From: Podarcis erhardii
Taxonomy: Eukaryota
Strand: one strand, 5' to 3'
DNA: 64,000 bases
Assembly: GCA_964252035.1 (NCBI GenBank)
Contig: OZ176201.1
Shown here: positions 21,796 to 32,996 of the stretch, one piece after another
How the letters are laid out: the number at the start of each line of letters is the position of its first letter
Position numbering within the stretch: position 1 is the stretch's first letter
The notes under the pieces: model-generated
The model's input: only the letters and a program-made list of their open reading frames with translations
The model's database searches: none
Told to the model about the DNA's origin: nothing
Program-made: the position numbers and the translations under genes

Positions 21796-22457
21796 GAGTT
21801 TTCAGATAGTTTATTTGAATTGCCAGGGCTTATATGCATGAATCAGTCATCTTGAAGAAATGGATGTTAGCTACAATGGCCAGGGAGGCTGTAGTTCTAA
21901 AGAGATATAAATGCAAACAGCAGGCCTGCATCACAGAGTTGTTATTCAGCATCTCCTTACTCAGATACCCCTGAAAATGTGGCCTTTCACACACATATCA
22001 AAACACAGGTCTGGTAAGTGAATGTGTATATTGCCTTATGCCTTAACACTTAAAAGCAAATTCCACTGCAATCTTCAGTGTAATTCCAAGGTGCTTAGGT
22101 CAGCAGCACTGGTTTTCTGATTTACTATAAATTCGGCAGAGTTAAGCAGCATTTAAACCGAAACCTGCAAGCTCGGCACACACTTGTTTAGCTTTAACAG
22201 GGTCATCACCTTTTCAACTAGTTACAAAAGAAGAGATGAGCTTATGCAAGACTGTGACATACTCATTTTTGTCCTGATTTCCCCTCTGTCGTTTTCATCG
22301 GACTATCTCCAGGCTACTTAATGCTCTCAGCAAAGAAACCAATAATCCCAATGTTGCTAAGAAGCTATTCATTTGGTTGGCCTCAAATAGGATTGTGAAA
22401 ATCAGCTCAATAATTTCTTATGTATCCCCTGTGAACAGAAGACACTCTGATTTATTT

Positions 22458-22532
22458 TTTTAAGTGTAAAAAAGTTACAAATGACTACAATTGTAGTCAT
22501 TTGTAGTCATTTGTAACTTTTTACTCTTAAAA
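22458..22532. repeat. ~75-bp near-perfect palindrome with a central 10-bp tandem duplication
   Basis: aaaaagttacaaatgactacaa | ttgtagtcat | ttgtagtcatttgtaacttttt, with outer arms ttttaagtgta/tactcttaaaa. Confidence 0.9.
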
Positions 22533-22644
22533 GATGCCCTTGCCAGAAACAGCTTCCGGACGAAAACAGGAGCACTTCCCGACGGGAATTTAATCTGAAA
22601 ACGAGCCATGAGGAGACATCTCAAACACTGGCAACATATTTGTC

Positions 22645-22802
22645 AGCGCATAGCTCAGCTGGTTAGACGTTATCGAGCATGGCGCTGATAATGCCAAGGT
22701 TGCAGGTTTGATCCCGGTATGGCACAGCTGCATATTCCTGATTTGAAGGGGGTTGAGCTAGATGATCCTAAGGGTCCCTTCCAACTCCACAATCCCATGA
22801 TT
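22645..22802 (+). mobile_element. tRNA-head / CR1-tail SINE
   Basis: A box tagctcagctgg and B-box-like ggtttgatccc, then a CR1-like tail gatgatcctaagggtcccttccaactc. Confidence 0.75.
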
Positions 22803-23239
22803 TGCTGCTGGAAGGGTAAGTCCGCGTTAAATAGGAAAGAGAAAGCGAGCGGGGCATGTTGAGGTCCAAGCTGCCATAGAGAAGCCTGGCGATCCCCTAC
22901 CCCACTCCAAACACCGGGCAGAGTGCTGCCCTCACATGTTTTTCTAAGAAGCCGGGGGCGGGGGGGGGGCTGATTCAGCTAAAATCCCGGTCGGGGGTGG
23001 GGCTTGCGGGGTCCATTCCGCCCCTCCTCCCCACATGCTGAGCACCGCAGAGGCGGGCAACGCTTCACCTTTTGGCTCTCCCTCGCGGCGCCAGGCCCGG
23101 GTGCCTGGAGCGAGCGAAGGCAGCCCTCCGCCCCCTCGCCGCCCTTCGCCTCCTCCCCTGGCGCGCCCTCCTCTTCCTTTCCCTTCCCTCCCGAGGGGGC
23201 GGTGCGGACGCTGCTCGCCCCTCCCACCCCGGCTTGGCC

Positions 23240-23381
23240 CGCTCTGCAGCCGCCGCCGCCGCCGCCGCCGCTTGCTCGCTGCCTCCTGAATTTCTTCCGG
23301 CGGGCTTTGGCGCGCCTCTCGGACTGGAGCCGGCGCGGACGTGCGGGAGGCAGCCGTGGAGCGGGGCGCGCAGCGGGCGCC
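23240..23381 (+). other. SFXN1: Probable non-coding exon 1 of SFXN1 (start approximate)
   Basis: Donor GCC|GTGAGT at 23381/23382 inside the CpG island; no ATG in the segment; exon 2 has only 13 nt before its ATG. Confidence 0.65.
23249..23269 (+). repeat. (GCC)7 repeat
   Basis: Seen directly. Confidence 0.95.
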
Positions 23382-24099
23382 GTGAGTAACCCTGGGCAGC
23401 AACCAGAAGCACCTCTCTCTCCCCATCCCTGGCCGCTCGGGAGGTAGGCGCTCCTTCCACGGCGCTTCACCCAGCCAGCAGCCCCAAAGTGGGGGGTGAC
23501 CCTCCCCGCTCTCCATCCCCCGAAGCGGGTGCAGGGAGGGAGGCCGGCTTGGCGCCCCGCAGCTGCTGCTGCTGCGGCTCTGCAGAGGACGGAGAGCTAC
23601 GCCTCCCTTTCTCCCCGGTGCCCGTCTCTCGAGCGCGCTAGCGGCATCCTCTTCCCCCGGGGTGCATCTGCCTACAACAGTAGCCTCTCCCCCAAAATAC
23701 AATACATAGGAACCAAGGTCCCTTCGGCCTCCCAATAAAATATTTGAGTGCCCCCCCCCGCGGTTGATGGGCATTTCCACTCCAACGGTACGCGTGCGCC
23801 GTGTCTTGTGATCGATGATGCGGGGCGGGGCATACATGGGCCCCCCAATATTTTATTCAAGTTGGCACCCTTGATGCAATGTGGCATCGCAATGCCCATT
23901 TAGCTAACCCACTCCAGCATTCCTGTCCTCCTGTATACCGTGGGCCCAGTGAATAACCCAAAATGTCCCTTTCGGGTATGTGTGCGTTCCCAGTAGATGG
24001 ATCTAAAAGTATTGGTTTAGTTTTTTAAAAAAGAATAAATAAGAGAAAGAGACGTTCGTTTGGGTACTGAGCGCTTTCTCCCTTCTTCCAGCTGCCTGA

Positions 24100-24510
24100 T
24101 TTTGCGTTAAATGGACCTCATAAATACTTTGAGAATGAGGTAGACCGGGTTAAGGTGTGTGCGCTTTTACAATTAATAATTTCCCACGGCCACGTTGTTA
24201 GGAAGGGAAAAGACGCGGCCATTCTCCCCAAGAACCTCGTTTGCTGCAGTTGCATTAGGAAAGGAAAGGGTAAAGCCGTCGAGGAGGCTGTCCGGGCTCG
24301 GCTAAGAGAAATGTGTCACTGCGGAGAACAGGTTTTCGTGTGAAGTTGCTGCGCTGGCAGGGACTGCTGTGAACCGCGAACATCTGGAGGTGACTTCAGC
24401 GCGGAATGATGAAATCTCCCGCTAAGTTACACACCAAAGATGGCTGCTTTGCTGCTGTGCAGGCTGCCTCGGCAGTGGGAATTATACGGGAGCTGTAGTT
24501 TTTGTTGCTA
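24100..24510 (+). promoter_or_regulatory. Second CpG-rich promoter-like block in intron 1
   Basis: YY1-like AAGATGGC (24437-24444) and CGGCCATT; ZNF143/THAP11-like GGGAGCTGTAGT (24488-24499); CpGs retained. Confidence 0.45.
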
Positions 24511-25889
24511 GGTTACGTGGGGACTTCTCCCACCCTCCTATAAATTGCATCTTGTAATATTGATGTTGCAGACCCTCTTCCTGACTTCTGTCTTCCTTTG
24601 CTTCGTAGGCTCCTCCTAGCGCACTGTGGGGAAGTGTATATTGCAGACAAAGCGGCTGGTGCAGATAAATGCCAGGGCAAGCTGATTTTAAGTGAAAGTA
24701 ACATTGGAGGGGCGGGCTGTTTGCCTCCCTAGCTTGATGGATGTGGTGCACCACTCCTCCTTCCCAGCCATCATCTGGGCTGCTAGTTTTCTCAGACTGG
24801 AGCTGCAGGCAGGGCACAGTTTTGTCCAGTGAAGCAAATGAAGTCTGACACACGTAGCCTCGAAGTTCTGAATGGCACCTTCTTTAGAAATGCCACAAGT
24901 TGATTTTCATTAGAAGCAGGGGAGGGGAAAACTAAAATTGCTCAGAGGAGGCAGGAACCTTGGTGAATTTGTTACCTGTCCCATTGCATGATGCTTGTTG
25001 TTCTTAAGCTATTCTGCGTAACCTTCCCAGTGTACCTGAACCCTCCTGCCGTGACAAGATGGCCAGAAAAGTAGTTGGCAGAAAGGGTATGAGTGTTTGT
25101 GTTGAATTTCATCACTTTAATTTTAGACTTGCTTGTTCTGCATGGCTGTAATGCATTGCACTGATACCGTCAGGGTGGTTATTAACTCTTAGTAATTTGC
25201 TCTTTGGTTGGCATACTTGGAATAGCTTTTTACAGCAACTTGTTCAGGGGTGGGGACCCCCAGGGGGCAAAGTGCAGCCCTCCATGACTCTCTGACCACA
25301 TACAGCCCCTGAAAGATTAATCCTAAGGCAATATGGCCCTCGGCAGTAAAACGTTCTTTTACTTTTGTCCATGTGACTGTAGTTGAACTGTGGATAGGGC
25401 TAGGGAAGCGTTCTTATCAGTTATATGAGGTGGGGGACTTTACAGCTAAGTCTTGGCTGTGATTAATGTATCCTTGCACCCAAAAAAAATATGAATGAGC
25501 AAGACTTCTTGGCTGCAAGCCACAAGAGAACTCTCAGAAAAGAGATAAGCTTTTATTCTTCTTCTAAGAATCCTCCAAGACAGCTCTTAAATAACTGAGC
25601 TCATTCTGAATTGAACTAAGCAGAGTGTGCCCAGTGCTTCTTGGAATCCTGCTCCTGCAGTGAATTTGTTAGATTGCTTTATGCAAACTACTAAATCCCC
25701 ACCACTATATTTGTAAAAAAAAATTGTTGGTATTAATCTGTCTCAAAAGACAATGGCCTGCGTCTCTAGGGGCTAAGTCAAACTGCTAGAGAATCACAGC
25801 ATTTGCTGTGGCTTCAGAGGCTGGTAACTGGTAACTGCTGCTTCCCTTGTTGTTTTTGTTGCATTATGTAGGTAATCCTTACAATATTA

Positions 25890-26010
25890 TAAGGCATGGA
25901 TGGGGGGGGCTGTGGTCCTTCAGATGTTATTTGACTGCCACTTCCATCATCCCTGACCATTGGGCATGCTGGCTGAGACTGTTGGAAGTTGGAGTCCACA
26001 CGTTCTCCAC
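25890..26010. mobile_element. hAT-type MITE, degenerate
   Basis: ccttcagatgtt...ccatcatccctgaccattgggcatgctggctg core. Confidence 0.5.
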
Positions 26011-27390
26011 CCCTTCTATAAAGTACATGAAGCATTTTGAAAAACGCAATTAACTACATCAGTGTTATTGTTTGTTATAGCCAGGTACTGGGTTTTGTGG
26101 ATTATTTGGTCTTCTCGAGTCAGTGTCAGCTCTTGTGCCCTTCAGAAGCTGAATGGATATTTCATAAGCAAAATTCATTCCAGGCAAGCAATAAACATAT
26201 ATACCCAAAACACACTAATCTGATTATAATGCTCCAGTCTGAAAAATGTAGTTTAAACTAGAAGGATGTACGTAAATGTTTTCGGCTCTAATCATGCAGT
26301 ATATTGCTGTGGAAAATAATGCATTTCCATGTACCAGCTGTGTCTTGCAACCATATTATACAATAGAAAGTTTTTATTTTTAAAAGAGAACTAATTTTTG
26401 ATTGCTACTGGAATTTCATTGCAGGTACATTGTTGACCTTTAAACAAGGTCTAAAGTCTCCTTTTTTGCTGTTATATGTACTCTTTCATACTAAAAGCAT
26501 TTGGCTGAACTTTGTTCAAGACTTGCATTTCATTTTGAAACTAGATTAGATTTTACACTTGTGTTACTGTTCTCCTACATTTTTTGTTGGTAGGACCCTG
26601 TAACCTTTCAAACATTCAGGCTATTCACCAGCTCAAGTTTAACCAGCCAGTTTAACCCTGGCTACAACAAAATGCTTACACTGTTTCCCAAAGACTTTGC
26701 GGTTCTGGAACAGCCATTGAAATCCTATATGCCCTACCTTTTCCAAATGCAATACACAGGTATAGTTAATTCTGAGGTTCTCTTTCAATCTTGGAGATTG
26801 CAGCTGGAATCCAGAGAACTGCAAAGCTGCTTCCACATGTACACCAAGTCTGCCTATCAATAATCAGAAGGGTTCCCAAATATAACTGGGCTGTCTCACC
26901 ACAATTAGAAGTGTGTGAAGTAATACACATTACTATCGAAAGAGAGCTAGTTATTTACATCCAGAATCTAAACTTGCCTTGCATACTCTAGAGCAGCATT
27001 CAGTGGAGCATGAGCGGTTTCTGCTATCAGCAAAAAAATGCAATCCTTTGCACATGAGGAAGATTCCTAGGCATTCAAATTGTCTCTTTGGATCCCTACC
27101 TTGGGCAGTACATTGACCAGCTTCAGTGATTCAAAGATGGGAAATGGTAGCTCACACTGTCTGTCAGTTATGGCATAAGCAGTTGCGGTTTTAAAACAAT
27201 AAGAAAGATAAGTTGGAGCCAAGTTCAGCAATGCAATTAAACTGTGTTTTTTGGGGTTTTTTAACTGAGTGAATATTGGCCAGTGGAGATCTTGTTCTAT
27301 GATAAGGTTTCAGATTAGAAACTTCAGCAAGCCTTTCCGGTTCTAAGGAAATGTCCCCTACAACCAGGAGACAATGAAAAGGTGTGTTTG

Positions 27391-27438
27391 TGGTTTGGTT
27401 TGGTTTGGTTTGGTTTGGTTTGGTTTGGTTTGGTTTGG
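27391..27438. repeat. (TGGTT)n pentanucleotide repeat
   Basis: Nine perfect units plus TGG. Confidence 0.95.
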
Positions 27439-28383
27439 CTTGTCTATGAGAATCCAAGCTTGATTGATAATGCTGACATGGGAGTAGGCAGGACAAGCTT
27501 TTGTGTCTTTCACGAATAAAACCATCAACAACTAGCAAATTTGTAAGCCTCAAGATAAACACCTTGGTTTTTTAGTATTGGGTCGACTGGTAGGCATTGG
27601 ACTATCTCTAGTACCCACTGGCATTTTTGATGCAGCCCCCCGATGAAGGAATGAGAGCTCAGCATATTGTTGTTGCAGGTGATAGAAGAATAAATGGCAC
27701 CTGCTTTCATTTTTCATATCCATGTGCACATGTATACACACATGCACAGAAATTGTGTAGTATGCTGCTTCAGAGGTTACCTGCATCTTTAAGGCATGGG
27801 TGAGAAATAATGAGAAGTCTGTGAGATCTGTGCGTCGGATTAGTTTCTGACCCTATGGACAACATGCCCATAGTTATTTTGCTGCCTTCTGCTAACTGCA
27901 TCTTTAAGATGACTAGGGGAAAGTAAAATCCAATACAGTCATTAATGCGTATATCTCAAATAATTTTGTAAGCAGATACACACACTGTTTCATCCTCAAG
28001 TGAGCTGCAATAAACCTTTCTGCTGTTATGAATAGAAAATTAAATATGATGGGAAGCTTACAAAACAGACAAGGTCATTCAACAAAAGCTTTGTGGGACA
28101 TCTTGACCTACTTTTAGCATGATCTCATCCATGTTGCAAGAAGGGTTTTCTATTGAAAACTCTGGTCAAATATCCTGTTATTGGAGATGTAGCACAAGTG
28201 CTATTTCAGCATTTGACTGCATCACTGGGCTGAGTTTTCTCTATCTCTGATTTTCAACAAGAGTTCAGAGATCTGTGGCAGAGAACCAGAAATCTAAAGG
28301 GATCCAGATAAACGCAGGAAGCCAAGAACTGTGAAACTGAAAACTGCTTCTGTCTCTGTTTCTTATTTAGTGTTCTTGAAAAA

Positions 28384-28547
28384 ATGTCAGCCGATATACC
28401 ATTCAACATCAATATCAAAGAGCCTCGCTGGGATCAAAGTACGTTTATTGGACGAGCGAGCCATTTCTTCACTGTCACTGATCCTAGGAATATTTTGTTG
28501 TCCAATGAGCAGCTAGAAAAAGCAAGAAAAATTGTGCATGATTACAG
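28384..28547 (+). CDS. SFXN1: Sideroflexin-1 coding exon 1 (gene exon 2, exon starts 28371)
   Basis: [54 protein letters not shown]; acceptor ttatttag, donor AG|gtaaat; 164 coding nt. Confidence 0.96.
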
Positions 28548-29359
28548 GTAAATGTTTATTTTAAAAAAGCAAGGGCTCAATTTCATTGTTCTGTATGGGA
28601 CAATGACAATAAAGATATCGTATCATATCGTAGTTGAGAATACTCGAGGCATAATGTAAAAAGAGTAAAATAAAATAGCCACTTGCAGTAGAAAATGGTA
28701 CCCAGGCCCCACTCTCTTCAAAAAAAGCAACTCTTGTAGTGTCTGGTCAAGAAGAGTCCCCAGCTTGAATTTCAGGAAGTCTTAAATGAGAAGAGAATCC
28801 CACAGGCCTCCTTAAGACACCCTCTTGCAAACATAGTGTACAGATGATATCATCAAAAGGGTGTTCTATGCTGATGTTAGAGGGGGGAAATAGGTACACA
28901 GTGTAAGAATCAGCCTCTGTGATACGTGGGTGTGTGGATGTGGGTGTGTATTTATGCATTATGACCAGCCCTTCCAGACATCCCTTTTATTGTGCATTCA
29001 TTATTTTTGTGCTCATGCTATCAAGGCTGTCATATGCGATCCCACTTTCAATCCTGTTTGTGCCTGAAAACACGTTGGGGTGGTGACAGTGCTTTGTTTT
29101 CAATCAGGTCATATCCTGTCACTGCCTGCTGAAATCCCATAACTTTCTGTCCAAAAAAGTGTTCTGGTTTATTTCTGCCTTGCCTCTGTTGTGCTATAAA
29201 CCCCTCCAGAGAGCAATACGCTATTACTGTGTCAAGAATATGAGGCAGAATGCCATAAAACACCAGTCCAGAGGCATCCACCGTCATGAATTGTAACTGC
29301 TGATCAGAGCTGGCATGCACCGTGTTCCAGGTGTTAATTGGTTTTTACAGTGTGGTCAG

Positions 29360-29655
29360 ATCATAGAATCAAAGAACGATAGAGTTGGAAGGGACCCTGA
29401 GGATCATCTAGTGAGTCCCAGCCTTTCTCAACCTGTGGGTCCCCAGATGTTGTTGAACTACAACTCCCATCACCCCTAGCTAGCAAGGCCAGAGCTCAGG
29501 AATGATGTAGTCCAACAAGATCTGGGGACCCACAGGTTGAGAACCACTGAAAGTCCAACCCTCTGCAATGCAGGAATATGCAGCTGTCCCATACGGGGAT
29601 CCAACCTGCAACCTTCACATTATTAGCACCACACTCTAACCAGCTGAACTATCCA
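29360..29655 (-). mobile_element. tRNA-head / CR1-tail SINE interrupted by a hAT MITE (29419-29549)
   Basis: Same family as 22645 in reverse; the MITE cagcctttctcaacc...ggttgagaaccactg splits tctagtcc|aacc. Confidence 0.75.
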
Positions 29656-30148
29656 GGCAGCGTGCCAAGAGCTACAACAAGTGGGGTGCTCTTAAACATG
29701 GGTGCTTGAGGGGAAAAGGCCTTCTGCAATGAACATTTAGGAATGAAGAATTAAACTTTGTTGTCAGTAGTGAGGAAGAAGGGAAGATGGGGTGGAATGT
29801 AAGGGAATGATAAAATATTTTGGAGTAGAATGCCAGAAGTCAATTTCGCAAACAAGCAGTGACTATTTTCTCCTTAGGGCCTTGCCCTTTGATGCACAAT
29901 TGCATGAACAAAATTCAATGTGAGCCAGCTGCTTACATTGACCTACCTGCAGTACTCCTGTGACTATGCTGACATGAGAAAGAGCAGTTATGATGATGGA
30001 AAGGGACACAGAGGTTCTTATGCAAAGCTGCTGCACAGTTGTGTGTGCAGAGAAGATATGTGCCAATCTTTCTTGTGATTACTTAAGTTTTGGACCTTAA
30101 CGTCATATTTATAATTAAATATTCACATATATTTCCATTTGCCCCAAG

Positions 30149-30319
30149 ACAAGGAATTGCATGCCCTGGATTAACAGAAGATGAACTATGGAGGGCGAAA
30201 TATATCTACGATTCAGCCTTCCATCCAGATACTGGGGAAAAGATGGTTCTAATTGGCCGCATGTCTGCTCAGGTGCCCATGAATATGACCATTACTGGCT
30301 GCATGATGACCTTTTATAG
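30149..30319 (+). CDS. SFXN1: Sideroflexin-1 coding exon 2
   Basis: [56 protein letters not shown]; ag/gt boundaries; 171 nt. Confidence 0.97.
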
Positions 30320-30359
30320 GTAAGTAATCACTCATGATAGTACATGAGTGAAATAAATA

Positions 30360-30696
30360 CAGTGGTGCCCCGCAAGACGAACACCTCGCAAGATGGAAAA
30401 CCCGCTAGACGAAAGGGTTTTCCGTTTTGGAGGCGCTTCGCAAAACGAATTTCCCTATGGGCTTGCTTCGCAAGACGAAAATGTCTTGCGAGTTCCTGCG
30501 GGGTTTTTTTCCTCCCCCCCCCTTTTTCTAAGCCGCTAAGCAGCTTATCAGCTGATCCGCTAAGCCGATAAGCCACTAAAAGCCGCTAATAGCGCTAATC
30601 CACTAAGCCGTCAATGGGCTTGCTTCGCAAGACGAAAAAACCGCTAGACGAAGAGACTCATGGAACGGATTAATTTCGTCTTGCGAGGCACCACTG
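30360..30696. mobile_element. Young Tc1/mariner-type MITE, CpG-rich
   Basis: TA-cagtggtgccccgcaagacga...tcgtcttgcgaggcaccactg-TA (21-bp TIR, 1 mismatch). Confidence 0.9.
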
Positions 30697-31040
30697 TATG
30701 CAATTGAGAAATCCAATTTGAAGGCCATAGTCCTACTGACACTGGTTGTAACAACTTTGTGTACTCTAAAGGGTTTTAGTGCTGCTGCAGCCCAAGTGAG
30801 TGATGTTGTATACTTCGAATGTTTCAAAAAACAGTTAAAATGAACATTTTGGGTTTCTTCTGCTCCCTTATATTTTTCACATATTGGTTTCGTTATTTAC
30901 CTTCAAAAGAAAGCAAAGTAGAGAAAATTCAATCTGAGAACTCTTGAACTTCAGTATGCGAGCTATAATCAGCCCAACTGCATTTGATTGTCTTAATCTC
31001 ATCACTTTAAATAAAATTGGTGGTACTTTTTGTTTTTAAG

Positions 31041-31139
31041 AACTACTCCAGCAGTGGTCTTCTGGCAGTGGATTAACCAGTCGTTCAATGCCATCGTAAA
31101 TTACACCAACAGGAGTGGAGATGCTCCAATTACTGTCAG
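31041..31139 (+). CDS. SFXN1: Sideroflexin-1 coding exon 3
   Basis: [32 protein letters not shown]; 99 nt; ag/gtaagg. Confidence 0.97.
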
Positions 31140-31384
31140 GTAAGGTATTTAAGCCACACCAGGCAGAAAATTCCAAAACCTTGAATTACGATATCTGCTC
31201 TAGTTTAGACCTAAATTCTGTGCTATGATGTGAACGGCCTGAGAAAATGCTTTAATATTTTGCACGTGTAATCTCTCTGAGTTAAAGTTATGCTCTAATT
31301 AGTGTAATGTGATATGCAGGCAGTGTTATCTTTGATGAAAGCCAAAATAGCTCACAAGACTGATGAAGTGACCAGTCACTAAAG

Positions 31385-31898
31385 CAGGGGTGGCTAACTT
31401 GTTTTGCCCCCCCCCCCCCGGAAAAGAAGCCTCATTCACCCTTGGCCACGTGCCAGCAGTGTGTGCGCCAGTCCACATTCTCACATGCACACACACAGTC
31501 CAACACTCCCCCCTACTCGGCTTATCTGCGATCACTAGAGGGGGTGTGGTCATCTCCCTCTCTGCACTCCTAAAACGATCAGTCTGATGACTGGGGAGGA
31601 GACCGCTTGCATCTCCCTCACAGTGATGGGCGCTGCCCATCCCAGCACTGGGCTCTGCCCATCCCAGCACTGGGTCTATGTTAGTGCTTTTCCCCACTTT
31701 TAATAGCAGCCATCAAATTGATGGGGCCTTGCCCAACCAGAAAAAAATGGTTAGCTCCCCAAACCGTGGGGGCTGGTCGTCTCTGCCCTAAATCATTTTC
31801 CCTAAAGCTTGGGATGAGGGTGGTAATTGGTTGTGGAGCCGGCAATAAGGTTTAGTTTTTGAGCCGCAGCCAGGCCCTGCATATTTGAAACAGCCCTG
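31385..31898. mobile_element. Probable degenerate hAT-type element
   Basis: Starts caggggtggct and ends acagccctg; internal 22-nt tandem at 31633-31674; no convincing TSD. Confidence 0.35.
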
Positions 31899-32628
31899 TA
31901 TTCTGCCCTGTTCTGAGGAATTCATGCCCAAGGCAAGAGAGGTCCCCTGCATCTTCTGAATGGCTTCCAGCAGCTGTAATAATAATGGATCCCAGATTGC
32001 CTAGTTTGGATTATTATTAAATTTGCAATGTGGTTTTTCATAGACTGGCTTGACGTGACGACATGTAAGCACAAGGTAAACTATAATGGGGAAATCGAAG
32101 TGATGCTAATTTAATAACATTAATATGTAACATGCATATAGCGAGCATTCCAAGCACTTCACGTACACCGCCTCAGTAATATATGTGAGATATTACTAGA
32201 TGCATGGCTGCCTAGTTACTTCTGTCTGGTACTAAAAACAAGTTATTTGCATGTAGATAATCACCCAAGGTCATATCTGCATAATTTGAATGACTAAATT
32301 AGGCTACTAATGTATTCTAGACAGCTACTATGGATTGCAGCTGGTATGGGATCAGAGCATTTCAAACAGGCATGTGTGCTTCACTTCTATAGTCCATGAA
32401 GTTGTCTGGTTCTGGTGGGGTCTTTTAAATGTCTTGAGAATTATTCATCTGGTCGAGCACATCTGGGAAACATTGAGGTAGAAGACCAAAAGATGTTGCC
32501 CAAATGTGACAAGAGCAGAACGAAGATGATGTTCTTGACTGTAGGAGCAGAACTGCCAGTAGGATACAGGTGGTCACAGTACAGCCACTCAGTGTTGCTT
32601 GACATCCTAAGCTTGCACACTCAGAGGT

Positions 32629-32631
32629 TGT

Positions 32632-32716
<85 letters not shown>
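32629..32716. repeat. Compound microsatellite (TG)n(AG)n(ACAG)n
   Basis: Seen directly. Confidence 0.95.
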
Positions 32717-32718
<2 letters not shown>

Positions 32719-32719
<1 letters not shown>

Positions 32720-32814
32720 ACAAAATAAAAAAATTCCTTCCAGTAGCACCTTAAAGACCAACTAAGTTAGTTCTAGGTATGAGCTTTCGTGTGCATGCAC
32801 ACTTCTTCAGATAC
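32719..32814 (-). mobile_element. Penelope-like element terminal fragment
   Basis: ccttccagtagcaccttaaagaccaactaag...gagctttcgtgtgcatgcacacttcttcagatac; reverse complement of 38481-38575. Confidence 0.75.
32777..32814 (-). ncRNA. Minimal type I hammerhead ribozyme motif, intact core
   Basis: GUAU-CUGAAGA-A-GUGUGCAUGCACAC-GAA-AGCU-C-AUAC: stem I GUAU/AUAC, palindromic stem II, palindromic AGCU stem III. Confidence 0.7.
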
Positions 32815-32867
32815 AGACAGGCAGACAGATATACCATAATTACATGCTCGGAAGTCTTTGCATCAGA

Positions 32868-32996
32868 GCTGAGGAACCTGAAACCCTCTACATGTTGTTA
32901 GACTGTGGTTTCCTTTGTCTCTGATCCTTGGCCATGCTGGCTAGAGCTGGTGGGAGTCCAGCGATATCCGGGGGCCCTGAGGTTCCCCACCGCTGC
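32868..32996. mobile_element. hAT-type MITE, degenerate
   Basis: gaggaacctg...ccatgctggctagagctggtgggagt...ggttccccacc. Confidence 0.45.

Larger units (their letters stand above)
22940..23840 (+). promoter_or_regulatory. SFXN1: CpG island / SFXN1 promoter
   Basis: Very GC- and CpG-rich against a CpG-poor background; GC boxes; contains a splice donor; lies 5 kb upstream of the first coding exon. Confidence 0.85.

Noticed and set aside
22645-22730. tRNA genes (also 40106, 55821, 59884)
   Set aside because: A/B-box heads run into SINE bodies or LINE-like tails and do not form cloverleaves.
22944-23837. Long ORFs on both strands in the CpG island (up to 297 aa)
   Set aside because: Low-complexity G/R/P/A products typical of stop-poor GC-rich DNA; no domains.
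30530-30610. CRISPR-like repeat array
   Set aside because: Short degenerate tandem inside a eukaryotic MITE; no repeat-spacer structure and no cas genes.
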